Source: a virus (lineage: Duplodnaviria; Caudoviricetes). Taken from it: DNA of 52,119 nucleotides. Made by a program: the position numbers and the translations under genes. Under the pieces are notes generated by a model. It had not been told where the DNA came from. It saw nothing but the letters and a program-made list of their open reading frames with translations, and made no database searches. The stretch covers positions 1 through 52,119 of IMG/VR virus record IMGVR_UViG_3300029183_000005, one strand, 5' to 3'. The number at the start of each line of letters is the position of its first letter. Position 1 is the stretch's first letter. Below are positions 35,263 to 44,468 of this stretch, one piece after another.

Positions 35263-35539
35263 CCCTCTGTCCTTTCGCCCACCTCTGACAGCGCCGTAAG
35301 GCTCCCCAGAGTCTCTTGGATTGATGTCTGAGCTTCGCGTATTCGCGTGCCGCTTCGTCACCGTTGTGTGTCCTCGACTCTGGTTTCCGAGGGTAGGCGT
35401 ATTTCTTGGTACATTCGATGGGCGGAGGGTCGACCGGCTTTATCAGAGAGGACCAGCCCATGTCAGCTTGTACCGTCGTACACCCAGCAACTAGAAGCGC
35501 AGCCAACACAACTGGTGAAGATCTAACTATTTCTCTCAT
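35252..35539 (-). CDS. o-spanin (Rz1-like) lipoprotein
   Basis: MREIVR...LAALLVAGC lipobox, Pro-rich; overlaps the end of the i-spanin gene. Confidence 0.7.
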   Translation of the reverse strand: MREIVRSSPVVLAALLVAGCTTVQADMGWSSLIKPVDPPPIECTKKYAYPRKPESRTHNGDEAAREYAKLRHQSKRLWGALRRCQRWAKGQRDAS

Positions 35540-35910
35540 CGTCTCAAAATCTCCACTGTCTCTTTGTCCCAAGCTGTGCAAGAAGCACCGGCCGTCTTCC
35601 GGCCTTGGAGCACCGCGACGACACGCTCGTTATAGCTGAGTTGTTCGGCGGCATCCTTCGCGCGCATCTTCTCAAGCTCTTCTCTGAGAGTCTGAGCACG
35701 GGACGAATACAGCTTCTTGGCTTGCTCGATCGCGGCGTCTCGTTCGGCAGTGCAGATCCGACGCTCCTTTACAGCGCCGTCACCGCGTCCTTTCCAGTAC
35801 CGGATCTCTCCATACCCGAGGCAGGCGACGATCAGCGCAGCCGCACCGATCAACGTCCACTTCATACCAAACGCTCCATCCACGATTTTACTGGCGAGTT
35901 CGAGTGCCAT
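35536..35910 (-). CDS. i-spanin (Rz-like)
   Basis: N-terminal TM then coiled coil, after the endolysin. Confidence 0.7.
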   Translation of the reverse strand: MALELASKIVDGAFGMKWTLIGAAALIVACLGYGEIRYWKGRGDGAVKERRICTAERDAAIEQAKKLYSSRAQTLREELEKMRAKDAAEQLSYNERVVAVLQGRKTAGASCTAWDKETVEILRR

Positions 35911-36749
35911 TGCGTTCTCCGTGCAGTCTTGCCAGATCGGTCGTCTTCAACGCGAGCGGCGCGGACACGACGGATGCGGTCGATAATGTAAAGGGCAGCG
36001 AGTCCGATAACGATCACGAGTGCCCATTCTCCAGCAAACGATATCCACTCTTTGATCTCGCCCGGGCTGTTGAATGCTGCGTTAATCTTTTCGCCGATCC
36101 AGACCAGCACTGCACCGAACAAACCGCGCGTCGCTGTCTTCTCGACTTCATCGGAACCTTTGACTATGCGCGAGCCATCGTTTCTGAGGCGGTTCTCGCT
36201 CTCGTCGAATGTCTCTTCTCGTTCGGTCGAGTCGACGATTTCGCCGTCTTCCTGTTCGGTATCAACGACGGACTCTTCTTCGACCTCGTCACGAACATCT
36301 GCGTCATCGGCTTCGGGGTAATAGTCGTCTTCATTAGGCCACCTGTATGAGATGAGTCTCCATTTGGGATACGCCGACACGTTGACTTCGTTGGATTGGT
36401 TGCCGCCGAGGACAAGGACTTTCCCGTCTCGCTCGCCGACATAGAAACCAACGTGTCCGTACGTCTTGCCTCGGGTGAAGACAGCGACACATCCCTTCTT
36501 TGGCTTACGGAGTTTCTTTCCCCAGGAACCATAGGCCCGTGCCCATGCCGTCTTCCTTGACTTCAGGCCCGATCGCTCCAACATCGCCGAGACGAATACC
36601 GCGCACCAAGCCGTGTCATCGTTCTTGTACCAATCGATCTTTGCGTCTTGCGCGTAACCGAGTATGGCTGGATTGCTGCGTCGGCCGCGAATTTCACGCA
36701 CACCGACTTCGTCCCTGGCTAGCTGGAGCCACCGGGGTTCTGTAGTCAT
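35862..36749 (-). CDS. Endolysin, TIGR02594/NlpC-P60-like peptidase with C-terminal TM helices
   Basis: PRWL..AR.E.GVREI.G..SNP.I, DDTAWCAVFV, GHVGF, VLGGNQSN.V. Confidence 0.9.
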   Translation of the reverse strand: MTTEPRWLQLARDEVGVREIRGRRSNPAILGYAQDAKIDWYKNDDTAWCAVFVSAMLERSGLKSRKTAWARAYGSWGKKLRKPKKGCVAVFTRGKTYGHVGFYVGERDGKVLVLGGNQSNEVNVSAYPKWRLISYRWPNEDDYYPEADDADVRDEVEEESVVDTEQEDGEIVDSTEREETFDESENRLRNDGSRIVKGSDEVEKTATRGLFGAVLVWIGEKINAAFNSPGEIKEWISFAGEWALVIVIGLAALYIIDRIRRVRAARVEDDRSGKTARRTQWHSNSPVKSWMERLV

Positions 36750-36770
36750 TGAGTTTCCTTGTGAGTTCCT

Positions 36771-39440
36771 CTAGCGCGTCAAAGAAGCTGCCCAAAGGAA
36801 TTGAATGTGGTCATTAGCTGCCAGAGGTGCGGCAAAGTTGATTCGCAACTGAGGTGAGAAATTATCCTGCGTCCACATCTGAGCTTTTACCGAGTCGAGG
36901 GGCTTCATAGCCGGATTACCGTCGTCTGGTAGTCGGACATACAGCGTGTCAAACCCTAAACTATCGCTGTCCCCCCAGCTGAATTCACCGGAAGAGAGCC
37001 CCCCAAGATCGCCTGGAATCATGTTATCGCCATTGTATGACGCAAGCCTTACTTCATCGAGGCCTGGATTGCCACCGCCTTGAGCAAGAAGGTAGTACTC
37101 TGCCGTTCCATTTGCGGAAATCGCCCACGTATAAGCACACGTACACACGGATACTCCAGGATAGAAAGTATACGTTGCGTCACGCGTATCGCCAGCGTCG
37201 CGCCATGAAACATAATGGTTGGCCAACGCTTGCGCCGTAGCGGCAGTCTTCGGTTTAATAGCTACGCTCCCGTCTGGTCGCGGTACCCAAATGAGATTTG
37301 TCGGAATTGTCAAATGGGTCTCGCCTCCGGTGGCGATGTAAAGGACCTCTCCAGATTCTTCACTGCATAGACCATTCGGATAGCTATTCGAAACAAGAGA
37401 CAGGTTACGTACACGCTCTGTCAAGTCAAAGAAGCTCGACCAGTTGACCACGTAGAGCGGGCCTGTCTCTAGGGCCACATCCTCTAAAGTTATCCTTACC
37501 TTCGAGACATCCGTATTGGTCAAGTTGGTTGTTAGGCCAGAAGATCCTAGTCCAGTAAAATAGGGTGAGCCGTTAACGCGCCACGTTGCATTCCGGACAT
37601 TCGCACGAACTACACCCGCGTCATCGTCCTTAATGTCAGAAATTCGCACAAGAGCGCTCGTATTGGCTTCGTCATACAAGACGATATTTTCCACAGACGT
37701 ACGACGCTGCCTTAGATAGGCCGGGTCGCTACGCGTACCAGACCCATAAGAACCGACGCGAAGCGGTTCTCCGTATCCCACGCTGGCATTGTTTGCGCCA
37801 TGTGCACCATCGCGCACACTTATTTGCAGATTGCCCAGATGATAGTCGACAAATTCACACTGTGTGGTGACAACAAACGCTTCCTCATCGGGAACAGGCG
37901 TTCTTACTTCTACATTGACATTGTTTATGAACCATCCACGCTGTAGAGACTGTTGGTACCCATTACCGCTTTCAGAGAAAAGCCTTACTGATCTACGCGT
38001 CGTGCCAGTTTCCCACGTCTGAACGTGCACAGAGTCAATAACGACTCCATTACCGACACCTGAGAAAATGGTAACGCCGTAGTCAGGGTGGTCCCAACTC
38101 AAATATCCGCGGCCAAAATATGTCCCTGTCCGACGATACTGATGGTTCATCGACAGACCATGTTGAAGACCCCGTATATTAAACATGGACATTGGAGATG
38201 CGGTGTAATACGGATTGCCCAGTTGCTCCTGGCAGACCCACTGATCAACGTGCAGGCACTCACAGATCACCGCTGCGGTCCACCAGTATCCCCAAATTTC
38301 AAGGTTCTTTATGGTGCCCTGGACCGTGTAGAGAAGGTGTCCCTTAGCGCTATTACCAAGCCTGATTCTGCCAATTTCCCACCACTGGTGCCCATGTCCC
38401 ACAATCGTATTGGACGGACAGTCGTGAATGTCTAAGTTGTCGACGATAATTCTTGAACCATCGCCCACTTCAATGCCGTTATGATTAGAGAAGCCTAACG
38501 CACCCCATACGGGAGTGTTACGTAGATTGTCTTCGACATTGACGGAATAATCTTGCGGATTGGTAAAGGGGTTTTGGTTGTTCTGTACGTTTCCGTCGAT
38601 TTCAATATCAAACAACCTAATCGTAATAGGCGTCGTCGGTGAGTGGTCAACGCGCATCCACGGCTCGTAGTCCGATGTAAAGAATTCAGGATCATCGAAC
38701 GCGTACGCCGAAAGGTAAGTCCGGTACGCCTTATCGTTCGGCACCCTGAACACTCCATTACGAAGTGTAACACCATCCACACATGTCAGATTACCAAGGT
38801 AAGGGATAGTAAAATCGCACAGATCAACCGTCGCACCCCCCACACCTTTAGCACTCGTAACGAGCCATTTAACACAGTGATGGCCGTCGTCTTCCAGAGC
38901 TAAATCGCCCCACCAATCGGCACGCAGCACAGAAGCATCAATTGCGTCGTGTCGCTTCCAACGCCGACTGTTCTCGACATTCTTCCATTTTGCGTTGACT
39001 ATTGTAGAGCCAGATCTGGACGAACTTGCAATGAACGAATTTAGAAGACTATGCGAGAATTGACCTGACGCGTGATCAAATCCTGCTTCCAACGCATCCG
39101 CATTGAAATTGTGTCCGTGGAGATGAATGCTGCCGACGGTGGCCGACCCAAAATCAAGCTCAACACTGCCCCAGTCAACGTCGCTTCCCATCTCTGTTTC
39201 AAGCGTCGCAATGCCCACCGAATTAATCGACACGGCTAACGACTTCTCGTCGGACACGTCGCCTACTGCGGCGAGACACGCCACACCATCAGTCGCCGCC
39301 CCGTCATCCGCGTAACACCACAATCCACCGCCGCCATCGCCGACAGAGATGTGGCCGAGCGTCCTTACGCAAATGCCCTGATTAGGGAGAATCTGGACGA
39401 GATCAGCTGACGTGTTAACAGTCAACACACTCAATGTCAT
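36771..39440 (-). CDS. Putative tailspike / beta-helix receptor-binding protein
   Basis: RTLGH..VGDGGGG.W N-terminus typical of tailspikes; IDGN, DIHD-type beta-helix repeats; visibly lower GC. Confidence 0.7.
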   Translation of the reverse strand: MTLSVLTVNTSADLVQILPNQGICVRTLGHISVGDGGGGLWCYADDGAATDGVACLAAVGDVSDEKSLAVSINSVGIATLETEMGSDVDWGSVELDFGSATVGSIHLHGHNFNADALEAGFDHASGQFSHSLLNSFIASSSRSGSTIVNAKWKNVENSRRWKRHDAIDASVLRADWWGDLALEDDGHHCVKWLVTSAKGVGGATVDLCDFTIPYLGNLTCVDGVTLRNGVFRVPNDKAYRTYLSAYAFDDPEFFTSDYEPWMRVDHSPTTPITIRLFDIEIDGNVQNNQNPFTNPQDYSVNVEDNLRNTPVWGALGFSNHNGIEVGDGSRIIVDNLDIHDCPSNTIVGHGHQWWEIGRIRLGNSAKGHLLYTVQGTIKNLEIWGYWWTAAVICECLHVDQWVCQEQLGNPYYTASPMSMFNIRGLQHGLSMNHQYRRTGTYFGRGYLSWDHPDYGVTIFSGVGNGVVIDSVHVQTWETGTTRRSVRLFSESGNGYQQSLQRGWFINNVNVEVRTPVPDEEAFVVTTQCEFVDYHLGNLQISVRDGAHGANNASVGYGEPLRVGSYGSGTRSDPAYLRQRRTSVENIVLYDEANTSALVRISDIKDDDAGVVRANVRNATWRVNGSPYFTGLGSSGLTTNLTNTDVSKVRITLEDVALETGPLYVVNWSSFFDLTERVRNLSLVSNSYPNGLCSEESGEVLYIATGGETHLTIPTNLIWVPRPDGSVAIKPKTAATAQALANHYVSWRDAGDTRDATYTFYPGVSVCTCAYTWAISANGTAEYYLLAQGGGNPGLDEVRLASYNGDNMIPGDLGGLSSGEFSWGDSDSLGFDTLYVRLPDDGNPAMKPLDSVKAQMWTQDNFSPQLRINFAAPLAANDHIQFLWAASLTR

Positions 39441-39455
39441 GTCGTTAAACCGCTT

Positions 39456-40220
39456 TCATATTGAAATGCCTATTTTGCCGCCAAGCCACGTTTCGAGATC
39501 AGCACGCTCGTTGCCAGTAAATAAACGATCGAGAGCAACAAAGGCATAAATTTTACCGTCAAGATTTTCTGCGCCACTGAAGGCTGACCCTAGAGTCAAT
39601 CCAGTAAATCCGTTTGTTCCGATATCTCCGGATGCCAGGTCGCTTCCCCCGTCCTCACGAAAACTTGACGATGACCCATCAGCAATAAACGTCCAAACAT
39701 GATCACCCGTTGGGAAGCTATCGGTTGGCTGCAGAAATGGGCTGCCGCCATACAGCAGTTTGGTCGAGTTTTGTTTTCCGAAGACCATACGTGCGCTATC
39801 ATCGGAATCAAACAGTCGGTCTGCGCCACCGTCTGACGAATCTATTGCAGCAGCAAGCCCCATAACCATTGCCTGCGTTATTGAAAGGCTGCTGTTGCTC
39901 AACTCATCATCCGACCCATCGAACTCCAGGTAATAAAGAGAGCCGGACTGTCGGAGTATTGGCCGCTCCGCATCATCGGCAGCAGTCAAATGGTGCGCAT
40001 TGCCTGATTTATCTAGAACTGTACCAACCACACCATCGACGCTTGAGGCCGTCGTGGCGCTAGCGCCGGTTCTTTCCTCGAATAGCGTTGTCAGGTCGCT
40101 TATGTCGTAGAAAACACCGTCTTCGCCCCCGCCAAACAGGTCAATCGGGTTGAACCCGGCACTCACCACTGCTGGTGGCTTAAACATCGGTATGATCAGG
40201 CGTCGGTTTCCAAGATACAT
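39456..40220 (-). CDS. Virion-associated beta-sandwich (LamG-like) protein
   Basis: FNPIDLF...YDISD.TTLF...DKSGN..H...RP.L...LEFDG.DD...LETWL pattern. Confidence 0.7.
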   Translation of the reverse strand: MYLGNRRLIIPMFKPPAVVSAGFNPIDLFGGGEDGVFYDISDLTTLFEERTGASATTASSVDGVVGTVLDKSGNAHHLTAADDAERPILRQSGSLYYLEFDGSDDELSNSSLSITQAMVMGLAAAIDSSDGGADRLFDSDDSARMVFGKQNSTKLLYGGSPFLQPTDSFPTGDHVWTFIADGSSSSFREDGGSDLASGDIGTNGFTGLTLGSAFSGAENLDGKIYAFVALDRLFTGNERADLETWLGGKIGISI

Positions 40221-40222
40221 AG

Positions 40223-41038
40223 TTAGTCCCTCAGCATCTTGAACCTGAGCTGGATTGCGTCCGTAGCTTCTGGTGTTTTACCGCCCCGATTCACAGCCAC
40301 GGCAAACAGTGAGGTCGCGTCGCACACATATGGCAAATTAATATTGTTGGCCTGAAGAAGCGTTACATCGCCAAGGTCCAGTTTGGTGTCCAGAGTGACC
40401 ACGCCCTCGATCTCAAATGCGTCCGCGTCTGTGACCGCCAGAGCCGTGTTGTCCGTGTAGGTGCCAGCCGGGTTACTCTTGAAGATGATGACGTCAATAT
40501 CATTTGCGGCAAAACCGTCTGCGTCGTTGTCCTCGATCCCCATTGAGATCTGCATAAGAACGCCGCCGCCACCAGAGACACGAGCTGAATTGGTGATCTC
40601 TATCTCACCGCCAATACAGTCGTCAGCCGTATAGGCGCCAGCGGTCACAGTCGGAGCGCTTTCAAACGCAAACACCTGACCACCATCGACACGAAGGTCT
40701 CCGGCACCATTTAGGTTCAATGTTGAATAGTCGCCGTCCGCGCCGCTACCAACCGCCTTCGCATCTCGACGAACGCCAAGCATAGGAACACCGCTGTCTC
40801 CGCTAGAATGTGCGTTGTCCTCAGTGTTCACAATGTTATCAATAAGCTGCAGTGCTGTAAGTGCGTCGCCTTTTGGATCAACCGCCAAGCCATTAGTCGC
40901 ATCTACAGGTGCTAGACCCGCGTCAGTGCTTTCGTCGCCGATAACGACAACTTGCCGTTCATCGCCGTCACCTGCGGTTGTTCGAGTATCGATATTTTTG
41001 CCGCTGCCTTCGGTGACAGCAACGCTACTATTAGCCAT
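40223..41038 (-). CDS. Putative virion structural protein
   Basis: Acidic, Gly/Ala/Thr-rich; VTAGAYTA.D.IGG domain; in the late operon. Confidence 0.7.
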   Translation of the reverse strand: MANSSVAVTEGSGKNIDTRTTAGDGDERQVVVIGDESTDAGLAPVDATNGLAVDPKGDALTALQLIDNIVNTEDNAHSSGDSGVPMLGVRRDAKAVGSGADGDYSTLNLNGAGDLRVDGGQVFAFESAPTVTAGAYTADDCIGGEIEITNSARVSGGGGVLMQISMGIEDNDADGFAANDIDVIIFKSNPAGTYTDNTALAVTDADAFEIEGVVTLDTKLDLGDVTLLQANNINLPYVCDATSLFAVAVNRGGKTPEATDAIQLRFKMLRD

Positions 41039-41051
41039 GCGATTAGCCTCT

Positions 41052-41429
41052 CTAGCTCTTTGTTAGTGCCAGCAAAAGCCCTAGCGGCTGGCCCTCTTCA
41101 TCTCTAAATTCTACGATCAAGGTCGACTCCAAATTGCCCTGTCCAGACGTGTCGCCAGTCGCAACGCCCGCTGCTACTTGAACAGTGACATTTCCTGGGG
41201 CTGTGGGAGTGATCGTCGCGGTATAGGTTGTGCCAGAGCCACTGAAGCCTGACGCGGCGCCATTCGTTACGGTGATGTCGCCAATAACAAAATCAGACAC
41301 GGACTCTGAAAACGTAAAAGTAACTTCGAACGCCGAATAAACAACTGCGGCGGGGCCAGAAAGAGCAACAGCTACACCCAATCCGACATTCGACTTAAGC
41401 GTTGTCAGCTGGTGGTGAATTGCGGCCAT
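41052..41429 (-). CDS. Ig-like domain protein (start uncertain)
   Basis: [14 protein letters not shown]...DITVTNG....[24 protein letters not shown] is a bacterial Ig-like repeat. Confidence 0.75.
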   Translation of the reverse strand: MAAIHHQLTTLKSNVGLGVAVALSGPAAVVYSAFEVTFTFSESVSDFVIGDITVTNGAASGFSGSGTTYTATITPTAPGNVTVQVAAGVATGDTSGQGNLESTLIVEFRDEEGQPLGLLLALTKS

Positions 41430-41676
41430 ACGGTCCGGGCTGGTGCGCCAAGGATCTGGACGGCGGTAAGGCGGGATCGTTACGGGTCTCGCCGCTGGGC
41501 GAATTCGTGCGGGTGTGCGGCTGGGTATAACGCGTCCCGGCGAGCTGGGTAAACGTGGTCGTGCCATAGACTTTGTTCTCTGGGGCTGGAGCTTCTTCAA
41601 CGGCCTTTGGCTTCGCTGGTGCCGCAGCCTTCTTACGCTTCGTCTTGCGCTTGGTTCTGGTGGCTGTCCTAGCCAT
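41395..41676 (-). CDS. Small basic Pro-rich protein after the capsid gene
   Basis: AGGAG RBS before [11 protein letters not shown]. Confidence 0.7.
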   Translation of the reverse strand: MARTATRTKRKTKRKKAAAPAKPKAVEEAPAPENKVYGTTTFTQLAGTRYTQPHTRTNSPSGETRNDPALPPSRSLAHQPGPYGRNSPPADNA

Positions 41677-41696
41677 TGGTATCTCCTGAAAGGGGT

Positions 41697-41729
41697 AGTC
41701 ACCCCCCAATCAAAGAAAGGGGGGTAACC
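41697..41729 (-). terminator. Hairpin after the major capsid gene
   Basis: GGTTACCCCCC/GGGGGGTGACT stem; weak U tract. Confidence 0.5.
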
Positions 41730-41738
41730 GACTCACGA

Positions 41739-42812
41739 TTAGTCTTCGCGAGTGTAGATGGCGACTGCCTTGAAGTGCTGCGGGTCGGTATAGGTCCGAT
41801 CCCACATCGCTGCGTTGGCAACCTCCGCGTCAGTCGGGAACGTGCCCGCGACGCCGCCGCTTTCGACCGTGTGGCCGTACGGGTGCATTGCAAACTGACG
41901 ACGAGTAACGAGCGTCTCGACACCCATACCGTCGCCCTGCAAGGCTTCGCGCTCGACTTCGACCGGGATCTCCACCGAGTGTTCGCCGTATCCGATGATA
42001 CCAGGGGCACACAGGAACGTGACGTACTCATTGGCGATAAAGGCCGGGGTCGCACCAGCAACAGGCATCGACGTGGCGCCGTTCGGCAGCTGGTCAGCCA
42101 CAACCACGCGGTAGCCGAGGTAGGTCGGGATCGTAATCTCGCCGCGGCTATTCGGGATGTAGATGATCAGGTTCTGCAACTGAAGGCGCGTGAAGACATG
42201 CGAGTGCATGAGGATCACTTCGAGGCCTTCAGCATCATCACCCAGGAGCTGCTTGGCTTCCAGAATGTTCTTGGCAGACAGCTGACGGGTGTTAACCGTA
42301 GCGCCACCAACAGTTTCCGTACCAGTGTCCGCGCGAACGTCCAGGATGCGGTCATCACTGTCGTTGGTATCGTTCTCGTGGAAGACACCCTTGAGCGTCT
42401 GGATGGTCAGGAAGTCGTAGTACAGACCCCAGTACTTCGACACGCGGCTGGAAATCCGGCGCATCGGGTCAGAACCAGCCAGTTCGCGAACGAGGTCAGC
42501 GGCCTGCCAGCCAGCCGTCCGGTTGTTGCGAATGCACTGGTGCTTGTACGAGCTGAGCTTCTGAGGAACGAGCAGAGATGCCGGGTCGTCGCTACCCACG
42601 GTGGGGGCGTTCGAACCCGAGAAGTCGTTACCCAGGTCATCCCATACAGGAGTCTGGAAGAGAGTACCGCCGCCAGCGAGCTTCGCAGAGATCTCCGAGT
42701 CGAGGCGGACGATACCAGATTCAAACACTTTGGAGTGCTTGGTGGTATCCTCAACCATATACATGTTGAAGATATCAGGGACGATTGCGTCCGTCAGTCT
42801 TACTGTAGCCAT
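41739..42812 (-). CDS. Major capsid protein
   Basis: T.LTD.IVP.IF..Y...SGIV...GG.....P.W.DL...DL..ELAGSDPM..I coat-protein pattern; strong codon bias; follows scaffold. Confidence 0.9.
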   Translation of the reverse strand: MATVRLTDAIVPDIFNMYMVEDTTKHSKVFESGIVRLDSEISAKLAGGGTLFQTPVWDDLGNDFSGSNAPTVGSDDPASLLVPQKLSSYKHQCIRNNRTAGWQAADLVRELAGSDPMRRISSRVSKYWGLYYDFLTIQTLKGVFHENDTNDSDDRILDVRADTGTETVGGATVNTRQLSAKNILEAKQLLGDDAEGLEVILMHSHVFTRLQLQNLIIYIPNSRGEITIPTYLGYRVVVADQLPNGATSMPVAGATPAFIANEYVTFLCAPGIIGYGEHSVEIPVEVEREALQGDGMGVETLVTRRQFAMHPYGHTVESGGVAGTFPTDAEVANAAMWDRTYTDPQHFKAVAIYTRED

Positions 42813-42824
42813 AAAGGGTCACCT

Positions 42825-43796
42825 TTACGCGGCCACACCAGCCTTTTCGAGCAAGCCCTTGTAACGAACTTGATCTGCAGCCGGAAGTGACCGGATCAAC
42901 GCCACTGCGGTCTCTTGGTCGTTTTTCCAAAGTTGACCTTGTGCAGTAACGTCATGGGTTTCTTTGGCGAATGGGTTCACAGCGCCTGTGGCCGGTGCTC
43001 CGTAGAGGGAGTCTTCGGCAAACATCGTCGCGCCTACCTGAGCCATTTTCTGGTAGAAGTTGGCGTCGGACACACTCTTCACGCCATTGAAGTCGGCCGT
43101 CACACCCAGAGCATTGGTATCGAAACCAAGTTCCCGGATAGCGCGGTTGGCCATCTCCAAATTGTGCTTGAAGGTGGGACCGTCTGTTTGTCCCCATTCT
43201 TTCTTAAGGGCGACTTCTGCTTCGCCAAGACGTTCGGTCAGCGCGGTCTGGTCCGCCTCGCCTTGAGAGGTCAAAGACCCTTTTGCGAAATCGAAGAAGT
43301 CGTTACGGATAGCCTTGGCGGTTGCCGGGTCCAGCTTGTGGTGCTTCGCCCGATCTGCGAACCAATCATCGAAGTCCTTGTTGTAGCCGAGTTCATCGGC
43401 ATTCTCAGGAGCTTCGAACTTGTAGTCCGCGTCCGTTACGGTGTTTCCGTCGTCGGCTTTTTTGTGCTCGCCGCGGCTTATCAGATCGTTGGCATCCTTG
43501 AGGGACTGGGCCATCTTGCCGAAGTCATCGACAGATTTGATCCCCTTCGTCTCAAGGAACGCCTTCATGTCATCTGACAAGGTGTCCATGGGAGATTTAG
43601 TTTCATCGGTGTCGGCCGAAACTGATCCCTGATTGCCGGTATCTTCAGGGTTCGCGCTGACGCCGGTTTGGCTGCTTTCAGAGGTGCCCTGCGTACCACC
43701 GGTCTGTTCGGAGGTGCCCGTCGTCGCATCCGTTGTTTTGGTTGCGTCATCGGCTCCGGACTCAGCGGCGCTTGGCTCTGCTGCAATGCCTGTCAT
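42825..43796 (-). CDS. Capsid scaffolding protein
   Basis: Acidic low-complexity N-terminus, LKKEWG, NPF; between portal and capsid. Confidence 0.8.
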   Translation of the reverse strand: MTGIAAEPSAAESGADDATKTTDATTGTSEQTGGTQGTSESSQTGVSANPEDTGNQGSVSADTDETKSPMDTLSDDMKAFLETKGIKSVDDFGKMAQSLKDANDLISRGEHKKADDGNTVTDADYKFEAPENADELGYNKDFDDWFADRAKHHKLDPATAKAIRNDFFDFAKGSLTSQGEADQTALTERLGEAEVALKKEWGQTDGPTFKHNLEMANRAIRELGFDTNALGVTADFNGVKSVSDANFYQKMAQVGATMFAEDSLYGAPATGAVNPFAKETHDVTAQGQLWKNDQETAVALIRSLPAADQVRYKGLLEKAGVAA

Positions 43797-43814
43797 GTTT
43801 GTATGACCTTTGTG

Positions 43815-44168
43815 TTAGAAGGTTTCTGTTTCCACTTGTGCCTCTTGCTCTTTCTGAACCTCCAACCGCGCAGCGTTCTCCAGTGCCAAAAGGTCTGCTG
43901 GCGCGAGCGTCAAATGGGAGTAAAGAGTTTCGGCGTATAGTTGCCGCCTGCCCTCCATCTGCCTCAACTCGGAGTCGGGCGTGGATGGATCGCAAACGAC
44001 ATTAAAGCCTGACTTAGCGAGGATATCCGCGAGAACGAGTTCCTGATCCTCTGCTGAAGGGCTTCCGCGGAACACAGCTTGATAGGCTTGCGCCAGACGA
44101 AGCCGTGCTCGACCCGTGCGAGAGAAACCCTCAAACACGGTAACTAGTGATCGCCACCTTCGACTCAT
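43815..44168 (-). CDS. Conserved podophage protein (Bbp19-like)
   Basis: AY..VF....VLAD.......EGRR pattern; usual position between portal and scaffold. Confidence 0.75.
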   Translation of the reverse strand: MSRRWRSLVTVFEGFSRTGRARLRLAQAYQAVFRGSPSAEDQELVLADILAKSGFNVVCDPSTPDSELRQMEGRRQLYAETLYSHLTLAPADLLALENAARLEVQKEQEAQVETETF

Positions 44169-44332
44169 TTGTCTGGTCTCCTCGTGTGGCGGGGCCCTGG
44201 TAGGGGAAGGAGCAGCTCAAGCTGATTGTCTTCCTCAGAATTCCGTTTGATCCTTCTCTTGAACTCTCGGTTCATAGGATCGAAATGCTTGATGAGCGGC
44301 TTTAGAACTTCACCAATGTGGACTAGAGCCAT
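44165..44332 (-). CDS. Small hypothetical protein (55 aa)
   Basis: MALVHIGEVLKPLIKHF...; GGAG RBS; ATGA coupling to the next gene. Confidence 0.5.
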   Translation of the reverse strand: MALVHIGEVLKPLIKHFDPMNREFKRRIKRNSEEDNQLELLLPLPGPRHTRRPDK

Positions 44333-44468
44333 CCTTTGATCTCCGAGGCGTTTGCTTTTCGGGAATGTTCAAGAGCGCAAGCAACGTTGACAAATCACGC
44401 CGCTCGATGAGACTTTCGAAATATCGCCTAGCGATGCGGTTCTCGATGTCTGTGAGATCTCGCATAAG

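Noticed and set aside
41699-42103. T7 10B-like frameshift extension of the capsid
   Set aside because: The alternate frame extends only about 13 codons past the capsid stop and does not reach the Ig domain; no slippery site recognised
41676-42890. 404-aa antisense ORF over the capsid gene (and similar ones at 1210-2286, 15247-16191, 23080-23970)
   Set aside because: Shadow ORFs expected from high-GC codon bias on the opposite strand; no RBS or protein-like motifs
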